Below, in pieces: positions 56,374 through 64,000 of a stretch of 64,000 nucleotides of DNA. A program made the position numbers and the translations under genes. The stretch is from Gemmatimonadota bacterium (GTDB taxonomy: Bacteria; Gemmatimonadota; Gemmatimonadetes; Palauibacterales; Palauibacteraceae). The stretch covers positions 1,600,001 to 1,664,000 of the forward strand of contig OZ220691.1 in NCBI GenBank assembly GCA_965116475.1, written 5' to 3'. Numbering within the stretch: the first letter of the stretch is position 1; every line of letters starts with the position of its first letter. Below the pieces are notes generated by a model. That model saw only the letters and a program-made list of their open reading frames with translations. It did not search any database and had not been told where the DNA came from.

Positions 56374-57594
56374 TCAGAAGCGCAGGCGGAGGAGCGGGAT
56401 GTTCCAGGCCGTGTGCCGCCGACCGTTCCGCTCCGGATCGAAGACCGTCGTCGGGGATGGCATCGGCAGGCCGACCTCAAGTCGGGCACCGTCGGACCAG
56501 TTCAGGAGAGCGCCCGCGGGGGGCCCGGATGCAGCGGGCGACCCGGAGGACCCGGCCTCCGGCGTACCCTCGCCGTCCCGGGTCAGCAGCGCCCCGAGGG
56601 CGAGCCCCGCGGCGCTCGTGGCGAGCGGGATGGCAATGTCGGAATCCGCGTTGCCCGGTTCGGCGATGAGCAAGATGCCGATCCCGCCGAAGCCGCCGAT
56701 CAGACCCCCGAGGCTGATGAGGTGCGCGCGACGGGAGGAAAGGTCGAACCGACTCCCGGCCAGCGCTCCGGCGATCAGGCCCGCGTTGCCCACGAGCAGC
56801 GTGCTCGCCCACATCGCGTCGTCGTCCAGGTCCAGCGCGGCCGCCCCCCCGAGTCCGAACCACGTCCCCCACAGGCTGCCCAGGTACGTCGCCGAGGCCG
56901 TACCCTCCGAGGTGTCGCGCGCGAGGAGCGCGGCCGTGACGATGCCGGCCAGTCCGCCGGCCAGTGCCGCGGTCACGACCGCTTGCTCACCCGGATCGCA
57001 GTATTCGCAGTCCGGATCGGCGCCCAGGTTCAGCGCGTGCGCCCAGCCCACGCCCTGCCAGGTGCCCCACGTACCGGCCCAACTGATCGTGCGCGACCGG
57101 CCCACCGAGAGGGACGGAGAGAACACGCGGCCGGCCAGGTAACCCACCGGTCCGCCGAGCAGAAGACCCACGCCGCGGGACTCCGAACTGGTCGCATCGG
57201 CCAGCACGGGCACCGCGACGCCCCCCAGCCACAGGCCGTAGAGCGTCGACCAGACGCGGAACTCCGTGTCGCCGCGCCGATCCTGCGGCGCGACGCCCGG
57301 CGCCAGCCCCGTCGCGGCCGCCCCTGCCACCGCCCCCAGCCCTTCCAGCCGGGCCCGGGCCAGCGTCGCCCCCGGCGTGTCGGGGTAGCGGCGGATGACC
57401 TCCTCATACAGGGCCCGGGCAACCTCGATTTCTCCGCGCTCCTCGAAGTCGCCCGCCGTCGCGACGAGCACCGCGGCCGAGTCTGCCGCGGTCAGCTGCG
57501 CGGCGGCGGGCCGCGGGCCGCCGAGGAGGGCGGCCAGGCAGGCAAAGATCGCGAGGCCGGAGCACCGCGCCCGCAGGACCCCTCGCGAGTTCAC
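56374..57594 (-). CDS. Exported/membrane protein with one TPR-like repeat and Gly-rich hydrophobic repeats
   Basis: Signal peptide; ARALYEEVIRRYPDT; repeated GxxWG.W.G segments. Confidence 0.7.
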   Translation of the reverse strand: MNSRGVLRARCSGLAIFACLAALLGGPRPAAAQLTAADSAAVLVATAGDFEERGEIEVARALYEEVIRRYPDTPGATLARARLEGLGAVAGAAATGLAPGVAPQDRRGDTEFRVWSTLYGLWLGGVAVPVLADATSSESRGVGLLLGGPVGYLAGRVFSPSLSVGRSRTISWAGTWGTWQGVGWAHALNLGADPDCEYCDPGEQAVVTAALAGGLAGIVTAALLARDTSEGTASATYLGSLWGTWFGLGGAAALDLDDDAMWASTLLVGNAGLIAGALAGSRFDLSSRRAHLISLGGLIGGFGGIGILLIAEPGNADSDIAIPLATSAAGLALGALLTRDGEGTPEAGSSGSPAASGPPAGALLNWSDGARLEVGLPMPSPTTVFDPERNGRRHTAWNIPLLRLRF

Positions 57595-57607
57595 CGGGGA
57601 CGGGCGG

Positions 57608-59047
57608 TCAGCGGATGCCGACGAGGCCGCGGACCGACTCGATGAGCTTCGGTGCGTCCCAGCCCACGCCGCCCTTGAACACGATGCGCGTCTCGCGGAT
57701 GTGGCCGTCCGCCTCGGGATCGCCCTCCAGCACCACCAGGTCCGCGACCTTGCCGACCTCGATCGTCCCCGTTTCGTCGTCGATCCCCAGCACCCTCGCG
57801 CCGTTCGCGCTCATGATCCGCACGACCTCGGCCGGGGTGAATCCGGCCTCGAGCAGCAGTTCGTAGTTCTTCTGGTCGCCGTAGCCCGGGGGCGCCGCGC
57901 CGTATCCGGTGGGATCGACGCCGGCTGCGAGCGTCCCTCCCGCCTGCACGAAGGCGTACTCGTACTCGAGCGCCTTCCGGTAGACGTCGGGGTGGATGCC
58001 GATCCCGGAATCGAGCGTCGCGTTGCGCCGCAGGTCGGCGATCTCCCGCACTTCGGCCGCGATTTCGGGGGCGAGGATGTCGTAGATGCGCTCGTCGATG
58101 GGACCGCGTCCCGGCACGGAGATCTCGTACACGGCCAGCGTCGACGTCATCGCGACGTCGTTCTCGATCATCATGCGGAACGTCTCCTGCACCTCCTCGG
58201 AGTTCACATCGAGGTCGGCGTAGCCGTTCCGGAACCCCGACGGGCAGTCGTCCGGCTCCTTCCCCGGGAAGTACTCGCTGTTCGCGAGCAGGCCGTGCTC
58301 CAGGTTGTCGATCCCGAGCGCCACGGCCTCCTGGTATCCGACGGAGCAGAGGTGGGCCGTCACCTTCACGCCGTGCCGGTGCGCCTCGTCGATCGCCGCG
58401 CCGAGTTCCTCGCGGCTGATCCAGGTGTAGGCCTTGAACCAGGGCACGCCCTCCTCCGCCCAGTAGCGCACGAGACGCCGCGCCTGCTCCGGCCCCTCGA
58501 GCTGGGCCATCGACTGCGAACCCTCCTGCCCCGTGAGGTAGGGACCGGTCGTGAACATGTTCGGGCCGATGGTGCGCCCCTCGTCGATGGCCCGCTTGAG
58601 GTTGATCTCCTCGTACGGCGCGCGCGCCCCCGTCGTCCGGATCGTCGTCACGCCGGAGGCGAGATAGAGCCGCGACCCCGAGAAGGAGAGCTGCGCCGCC
58701 CGTCCGTTCCCACCCGTGTAGTAGCTGTGGTTGTGCAGCCCGACGAGGCCCGGGATGACGGTGTGCCCGGAGAGGTCGAGCACCTGCGCGTTCCGGATCC
58801 GGTCCGCGACCTCGCCGGCGGGGCCGATGTCCGCGATGCGGCCGTCCCGGATGACGATGGTCTGTCCCTCGCGCGCGGGGCCGCCGGTCCCATCGATCAC
58901 CTTCACGTTCGTGAGCGCGACGGTCGGCGCCTGCACCGCGATGAAGTCTTCCATCGCTTCCTGCGCTTCGGCTGCCGTGGACGACGTTGCCGCGACGGCG
59001 AGCGCCGCGAAGAGGGCAAAGAAGGAACGGCGGCGGGCGGTCATCAT
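57608..59047 (-). CDS. Amidohydrolase family protein, exported
   Basis: VIPGLVGLHNH, VTAH, LEHG, AGVDP, GTIEVGKVADLV. Confidence 0.9.
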   Translation of the reverse strand: MMTARRRSFFALFAALAVAATSSTAAEAQEAMEDFIAVQAPTVALTNVKVIDGTGGPAREGQTIVIRDGRIADIGPAGEVADRIRNAQVLDLSGHTVIPGLVGLHNHSYYTGGNGRAAQLSFSGSRLYLASGVTTIRTTGARAPYEEINLKRAIDEGRTIGPNMFTTGPYLTGQEGSQSMAQLEGPEQARRLVRYWAEEGVPWFKAYTWISREELGAAIDEAHRHGVKVTAHLCSVGYQEAVALGIDNLEHGLLANSEYFPGKEPDDCPSGFRNGYADLDVNSEEVQETFRMMIENDVAMTSTLAVYEISVPGRGPIDERIYDILAPEIAAEVREIADLRRNATLDSGIGIHPDVYRKALEYEYAFVQAGGTLAAGVDPTGYGAAPPGYGDQKNYELLLEAGFTPAEVVRIMSANGARVLGIDDETGTIEVGKVADLVVLEGDPEADGHIRETRIVFKGGVGWDAPKLIESVRGLVGIR

Positions 59048-59075
59048 GACAACTTCCTTTCTCACTGCCGGGCGT

Positions 59076-59420
59076 CTACAGATCCAGGATGAGCCGCAGT
59101 CCGGCTTCGACCCGACTCATGAGCTTGCGTGATACTTGGCCGCACCGGTCCCCGAGATAGTCTTCGTCGATGGTCACGAGTTGGGTCACGTTTGCCACGG
59201 AGTCCTTCGGCAGTCCTGTTGCCGATGCCGGCAGCAGAACGTTGCCCGGGGCGTCCAGATAGCGCGTATTCGATGTCAGCGCTACGCCGATCACGGTCCT
59301 CAGCCTGCTTCGATTGAAGGAGTCGGCCTGTACGATGAGAATCGGACGACGAAACCCCGGCTCTGAGGCTCGAGGTTCGTCGAGATCCGCCCATCTCACT
59401 TCTCGTCGCGCGATTACCAC
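59076..59420 (-). CDS. mazF: PemK/MazF-family toxin
   Basis: RREVRWADL...SEPGFRRPILIVQ.D.FN, LTSN, GLPKDSVANVTQ. Confidence 0.93.
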   Translation of the reverse strand: MVIARREVRWADLDEPRASEPGFRRPILIVQADSFNRSRLRTVIGVALTSNTRYLDAPGNVLLPASATGLPKDSVANVTQLVTIDEDYLGDRCGQVSRKLMSRVEAGLRLILDL

Positions 59421-59647
59421 TCTTCGGCGACTGAGCGGGCCTGCACCCGACGGAGAGCAGGATCGACTTCGCCGGAAAGGTCGGCGTACACGGCGTTCAG
59501 CTTGGCGGTGATGTCCTCGCTACGATGTTTCGCGACGTATTCGGCCACCGCGGTCGCGTAGAGTTCGCTTCGCGAGACTCTCATCCGCTTCGCGAGCGAG
59601 TCGGCCGAGGCAAAAAGTTCGTCGGGCACCGAGATCGCTGTCTTCAT
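59414..59647 (-). CDS. Ribbon-helix-helix antitoxin
   Basis: MKTAISVPDELF...SRSELY..AV; directly upstream of and overlapping mazF. Confidence 0.88.
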   Translation of the reverse strand: MKTAISVPDELFASADSLAKRMRVSRSELYATAVAEYVAKHRSEDITAKLNAVYADLSGEVDPALRRVQARSVAEEW

Positions 59648-59668
59648 ACCGTAGTAATACTATGGTAT
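59646..59668. promoter_or_regulatory. Inverted-repeat operator overlapping the antitoxin start codon
   Basis: ATACCGTAGTA-A-TACTATGGTAT (10/11 match); no SD upstream, so possibly leaderless. Confidence 0.7.
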
Positions 59669-59711
59669 AACCCACGGATCAACCCCCGAAGGATCGCTGG
59701 CCGGCATCCGA

Positions 59712-61988
59712 TCACGGCGGGGCGGCGGCGACGTTCATCGTCATCTTCATGCCGGCTTCGAGGTGTTCGGCGATGTGGCAGTGGATCATCCAGCGGCCGG
59801 GGTTCGACAGTTCCAGCAGGATGTCCGTCGTGGATGCGGCGGGCAACAGGACCGTGTCCTTCCACGCAAGGTTCGGGTTCGGCACCCCGTTCTGCGACAG
59901 GACGAGGAAGCGCTGGCCGTGGATGTGGAGTGGGTGCTGCATGGCGTGGAAGGCGCCGCGGTCGTTGACGACGCGGATCTTCACCACGTCCCCGACGGAG
60001 AAGTCCCACTCGATCTCCTCGTTCTCCCTCCCCGTGGCCGTTTCCCTCAGGACCCAGCGGATCTCGCGGCCGGTCGTGGCCCAGTTCATGCGCGGCATCG
60101 TCCCGGTCCATTCGACGGGGTTGAAGTAGACCCAGTCGTAAGCCATCGAGCGTTCGATGGGGAGCGGAAGATCCTCGGTCTCGAGCGTCATCACGAGTTC
60201 GCGGTCGGGTTCGTCGTCGAAGCGCGGCCGGTAGCGGTCGATGTCCGCGATGACGTCCGCATGTTCGCGCAGGGTCTCGAAGGAGGGCCCGTGGTCGTCG
60301 GCCGCCGGTCGCGACGCCACGGTGACGGCCCCCAGCGTCCTGAGTTCGGCGCGGAAGACGCCCTGCCGGTGGTTGATCCCCTGTACGTGACTGACGAGGG
60401 CGTGGCGGCCGGGACGGTCGAAGCGCACGTCGATCACGTAGCGCTCCGCGGGCGCCAGGACCACGCTTCGGACCCGCTCCTCTCGCTCGAAGCGGCCCAC
60501 ATCGGACGCGACGACCTTGAGCGGAAGACGACTCGGATCGACCGCATCGGGATCGGCGACGCGCTGGTCGGGATCGGGAAGCCCGCCGCGCTCCGTGTCC
60601 ACGAAGGAGAGGTTGAAGGTGCGCGTGTTGGAGGCGTTCGTGAGGTGGAAGCGGACGACCTCGCCCCGGTCGACCTCCAGTTCGTATCCCGGCTCGCCGT
60701 TGACGAGGGCCAGGTTCCCGAACCGGCCCATGAGCATGTAGTTCGCCGATTCCTCCCCGAAGGCCACGAGTCCGTCGTCATCGAGGAGGATGTCGTCGAG
60801 CATGAGGACTTCCTCGCGGTTCGCGGGCCCGTAGTAGTCCGGGTCGGCGGCGTCGACGAGGAGGTTCCCGTACAGGCCGAGTTCCTGCTGGACGTCCTCG
60901 CGGTGATGCGGGTGGTACCAGTAGATGCCCGCGTCCGGGAAGAAGATCCGGTACCGGAACGACTCGCCGGGGGCGACGGGATCCTGGGTGAGGCCGGGCA
61001 CACCGTCGAACGCGTTGTCGAGCCGGATGCCGTGCCAGTGCACTGCCGTCGGGTAGGGCGTGCGGTTCGTGAAGTTCACGAAGATGGTGGACTGCTCAGG
61101 AACGCGGATGAGCGGCCCGGGGTGCTGGCCGTTGAAGGCGAGCATGGCGAGGCGGCGGCCGTCGATTTCGCGGCGCACGATCGTCGCCTCGAGGTCGAGC
61201 GTGCCGCCGTCGGGGAGATCGACGAGTTGGCGCGAGGCGGCCTCGGGGAGCGTTACCCACGGGGGCAGGTCCGCCGCGCTTTCGAGGCTTGCGGGGCGGG
61301 CGCGCGGTTCGAGGTCCATCACGCCGGGCAGCATGGCGATGCCGGGGTACGCGGGCGGCGCGGTCCAGCGACTCGGGGCCCGGCCGGCGGCCCGCCGCGT
61401 CGCCGACGGCGCGAGGGCCAGGAGGTCGTGCGCCTCCATGAGCGCGGACGGCGAGCGCCCCCGCAGCACGAGTGGCCCCTCGCGCTCCGCCACATCGGAC
61501 GACGCCTCCGCGCTGACCATCACGAGGAACTTGTTGAACGCGACGCGCCCCAGCCGATGCTCGCCGTTCCCGACCGGGCCCAGCGGCACCACGGGCGCCA
61601 GCTCGAGCGGCGTCGCCCACGCCATGTAGACGGTGTACGGCCCCAAGCTGGAGGGCGGCGGGAGGCCCTCGATATGCGCGGTCAACGCGCGGACGTGGTG
61701 CCCGGACGGCGTCACGGTGACACCGAACGGCGACGGCACTCGCCCGAGTTCGACGAACCCCTGCGCGTCGCCGGCCCGCGCGGTGGAGAAGAGGCTGATG
61801 CAGTGGAGGTCGGCCGCCACCCGGCCCGTCGTGTCTGTGAGCGCGCCCGCCGCCCCGGCGGCACGCGTCTCCGCGGCCCGCGCCTCGCAGGCGCCGCTGG
61901 AGCCCGGAAGCTGGCCTGCCGCGGCGGGCGTCGCGGCGAGCAGGCCGAACACCCCCGCCGTCAGCGCCCGCGCCGGATGTCGGATCAG
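59712..61988 (-). CDS. Multicopper oxidase with an N-terminal extension (start probably CTG 61988)
   Basis: HWHG, WYHPH, HPLHIHG, HCHIAEHLEAGM; signal-like LIRHPARALTAGVFGLLAATPAAAG. Confidence 0.92.
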   Translation of the reverse strand: MIRHPARALTAGVFGLLAATPAAAGQLPGSSGACEARAAETRAAGAAGALTDTTGRVAADLHCISLFSTARAGDAQGFVELGRVPSPFGVTVTPSGHHVRALTAHIEGLPPPSSLGPYTVYMAWATPLELAPVVPLGPVGNGEHRLGRVAFNKFLVMVSAEASSDVAEREGPLVLRGRSPSALMEAHDLLALAPSATRRAAGRAPSRWTAPPAYPGIAMLPGVMDLEPRARPASLESAADLPPWVTLPEAASRQLVDLPDGGTLDLEATIVRREIDGRRLAMLAFNGQHPGPLIRVPEQSTIFVNFTNRTPYPTAVHWHGIRLDNAFDGVPGLTQDPVAPGESFRYRIFFPDAGIYWYHPHHREDVQQELGLYGNLLVDAADPDYYGPANREEVLMLDDILLDDDGLVAFGEESANYMLMGRFGNLALVNGEPGYELEVDRGEVVRFHLTNASNTRTFNLSFVDTERGGLPDPDQRVADPDAVDPSRLPLKVVASDVGRFEREERVRSVVLAPAERYVIDVRFDRPGRHALVSHVQGINHRQGVFRAELRTLGAVTVASRPAADDHGPSFETLREHADVIADIDRYRPRFDDEPDRELVMTLETEDLPLPIERSMAYDWVYFNPVEWTGTMPRMNWATTGREIRWVLRETATGRENEEIEWDFSVGDVVKIRVVNDRGAFHAMQHPLHIHGQRFLVLSQNGVPNPNLAWKDTVLLPAASTTDILLELSNPGRWMIHCHIAEHLEAGMKMTMNVAAAPP

Positions 61989-62392
61989 TCGTCCAGGTCG
62001 TCGTCCGGGATGAACCGGAGCGCGACGCCGTTGTTGCAGAAGCGCTTGCCCGTCGGCTCCGGCCCGTCGTTGAAGACGTGGCCGTGGTGTCCGCCGCAGC
62101 CGGCGCAGTGATACTCGGTTCGCGGCAGGATGAGCTTGAAGTCGCGTTTCGTCTCGAAGGCGTCGGGCAGCGTCTCGAAGAAGCTCGGCCACCCCGTGCC
62201 GCTGTCATACTTCATGTCGGTCGTGAACAGCGCCGCGCCGCACGCTGCGCACGCGAACGTGCCGGGACGCTTCTCAGCGTCCAGCGGACTCGTCCCCGCG
62301 CGTTCGGTCGCTTCCTCGAACAGCACCTTGTAGGCCTGCTCGGGGAGCTTCTCCCGCCATTCCTGCTTCGCCTTCCTGTCTGTCTTCCCCAT
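61985..62392 (-). CDS. msrB: Peptide-methionine (R)-S-oxide reductase
   Basis: ATERAGT, CAAC, KYDSGTGWPSF, CAGC.GHHGHVFNDGP, RFCNNG. Confidence 0.96.
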   Translation of the reverse strand: MGKTDRKAKQEWREKLPEQAYKVLFEEATERAGTSPLDAEKRPGTFACAACGAALFTTDMKYDSGTGWPSFFETLPDAFETKRDFKLILPRTEYHCAGCGGHHGHVFNDGPEPTGKRFCNNGVALRFIPDDDLDD

Positions 62393-62418
62393 CTCTCCCG
62401 TCTTCGCCGTCTGCCGGG

Positions 62419-63960
62419 TCAGCCCCCGGGGTTCTCCAGGATGAAGATCTTGTCGTCCGTCTCATCCACGCCGGTGAGATCGAGATCCCCGTCCAGGTCG
62501 CGGTCGTGAATGACGACGCACGAGCCGTTCGTGCTCGCCGCGTACGACCGGGGGTTCACGAGCGTGCCGTCGCCCGCGTTCTCGTGCACCGTGAAGCTGT
62601 TGCCCTCGAAGTCGCTCGTCACCACGTCGAGGTCGCCGTCTCCGTCGATGTCGCCCACGTCGACCGCCAGCGGCGAGTCGCCCGTCTCGTACTCGACGGG
62701 ATCCGCGAAACCGCCCGCGCCATCGCCGATGAGGACGCCCACGTTGTTCCCTTCACGGTTCGCGGACATCACGTCGACGTTCCCGTCGCCGTTCACGTCG
62801 CCCGCCACGATCATCCACGGCTTGCCGCCGGCCCGCACGCGCGTGCCCAGCTCGAGGTTGCCGCGCCCGTCTCCCAGGTAGGCGAGGACTTCGTCGGTGA
62901 AGTAGGCTCCGACGAGCAGGTCGGGCAGGCCGTCGTTGTTCACGTCGGCCGTCGCGCACGTCTTCTCGCCCTGGCCCGGCGAGGCGATCTGCGAAGCGCG
63001 CCGCAGATCGCCCGTCCCGTCCGCGTTGTTGAGCAGCATGGCCACGTTGCCGCGCGATTCCTCCGGCCCGACGGACATGTTCACCGCCGCCACGTCCGGC
63101 CACCCGTCCTGGTCGAAGTCACCGATGCACACGCCGCGAACGTTCTGTCCGGACTCGATGTTGCTCCCCAGTTCGAACCAGCCGTCCCCGTCGGCGAGGA
63201 AGACGGACACCAGATCGTTCCCTGCGTTCCCGACCACGAAGTCCGTGAGGCCGTCGCCGTTGAAATCCGCCCCTTCGTTCGGGCTTGGCCAGCTCCCGCC
63301 CGGGATGTCGAGGACGCGGAACTCGTTGTAGTCGCCCTTGCCGTCGTTGAACATCACGCGGACGTCCGCGGAGACCTCGTTGGGGATCGCGATGTCGGGG
63401 TAGCCGTCGCCGTTGAAGTCGCCGGCATAGGCCCCGTACGGCTGGACGTGCTTTTCGCCGTCGTCGAGCACGACCCGCGAGCCGCGGTCGATCATGTCGA
63501 GCGAGCCCGCCCGGGGCCGGATCCAGAAGTTCCACGCGAACCCCGTCTCCATGGCGCCGCCGGCCGCGAGCTTCTCTCCGGCGCGCAGCGAAGCCGTGAC
63601 CGACTCGCCGGCGTGGAAGGAGCCGCCGGGCTCGAAACGGATGCGCCGGCCATCGTCCGAGAGCTGCACGGAGCCCGTCATCACGCCGCTCCAGCGGCCG
63701 AACACGGACAGCGCCGACGGATCGAACCCGCCCGGATCCAGCGGCTGCGCGAGCACCAGTTCGACGGGCGATTCGGGGCCGGCTTCGATCGAGTGCGGGG
63801 CCGGCGAGACGATTGACACCGCAGCCGACGACGGCGCGCCGACGGCGTCGGACGCCGGGGCCTCCGTCGCGGCCGCCTCACTGCGGTCCGTGCCGACTAG
63901 AACCAGCACCGCCACCGCGACGACGACGAGGGCACCAAGTACTCCGGAGAGGGTCTTCAT
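62419..63960 (-). CDS. FG-GAP/VCBS repeat protein with an N-terminal Ig-like domain
   Basis: Seven xDxNGDGxxD-type repeats; hydrophobic N-terminus; GGAGG RBS. Confidence 0.9.
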   Translation of the reverse strand: MKTLSGVLGALVVVAVAVLVLVGTDRSEAAATEAPASDAVGAPSSAAVSIVSPAPHSIEAGPESPVELVLAQPLDPGGFDPSALSVFGRWSGVMTGSVQLSDDGRRIRFEPGGSFHAGESVTASLRAGEKLAAGGAMETGFAWNFWIRPRAGSLDMIDRGSRVVLDDGEKHVQPYGAYAGDFNGDGYPDIAIPNEVSADVRVMFNDGKGDYNEFRVLDIPGGSWPSPNEGADFNGDGLTDFVVGNAGNDLVSVFLADGDGWFELGSNIESGQNVRGVCIGDFDQDGWPDVAAVNMSVGPEESRGNVAMLLNNADGTGDLRRASQIASPGQGEKTCATADVNNDGLPDLLVGAYFTDEVLAYLGDGRGNLELGTRVRAGGKPWMIVAGDVNGDGNVDVMSANREGNNVGVLIGDGAGGFADPVEYETGDSPLAVDVGDIDGDGDLDVVTSDFEGNSFTVHENAGDGTLVNPRSYAASTNGSCVVIHDRDLDGDLDLTGVDETDDKIFILENPGG

Positions 63961-64000
63961 CTCGCAACCTCCAACAGCTTCAAACCCACGGGGGTCCGCC

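Noticed and set aside
1..64000. Prophage, IS elements, integron, rRNA or tRNA (including selC)
   Set aside because: No integrase, transposase, phage structural motif, attC-like array or cloverleaf recognised by eye; tRNAscan-SE or Infernal would be needed to exclude RNA genes fully

Overview
A 64-kb, very GC-rich, gene-dense bacterial chromosome segment. Many exported hydrolases, DUF1552/DUF1592/ankyrin genes, FG-GAP and TPR proteins and scattered toxin-antitoxin pairs suggest a Gemmatimonadota-like organism, possibly host-associated (inference only). The main blocks are: (i) a P450-ferredoxin-panB-quinone reductase operon; (ii) exported hydrolases, an atypical YchF, and a Uma2 plus AAA/DUF4143 insertion with a 5x23-bp upstream array; (iii) an exported peroxiredoxin with an in-frame UGA at its catalytic Cys position followed by a SECIS-like hairpin (probable selenoprotein), converging on tlpA and ccdA; (iv) a ~15-kb corrinoid uptake and late-pathway cluster (btuB plus a beta-propeller lipoprotein, btuFCD, pduX, cobD, cbiB, cobO, cobQ, cobT/U/S/C) with two cobalamin riboswitches; (v) an uncharacterised exported redox locus (creatininase-like, Cys-Cys protein and heme c/Cu-monooxygenase converging on DUF1592, DUF1552 and ankyrin-CxxC); (vi) tyrA, an NSS transporter, threonine dehydratase, DUF5916, HicAB, VapBC and MazEF modules, multicopper oxidase, msrB and an FG-GAP protein. 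Also notable are three genes that appear to start at CUG via a CUGA start/stop overlap, and a candidate ~63-nt stand-alone sRNA with its own promoter and terminator. No rRNA, tRNA, CRISPR array, transposase or integrase was recognised. Family assignments come from motif recognition by eye, not database searches.
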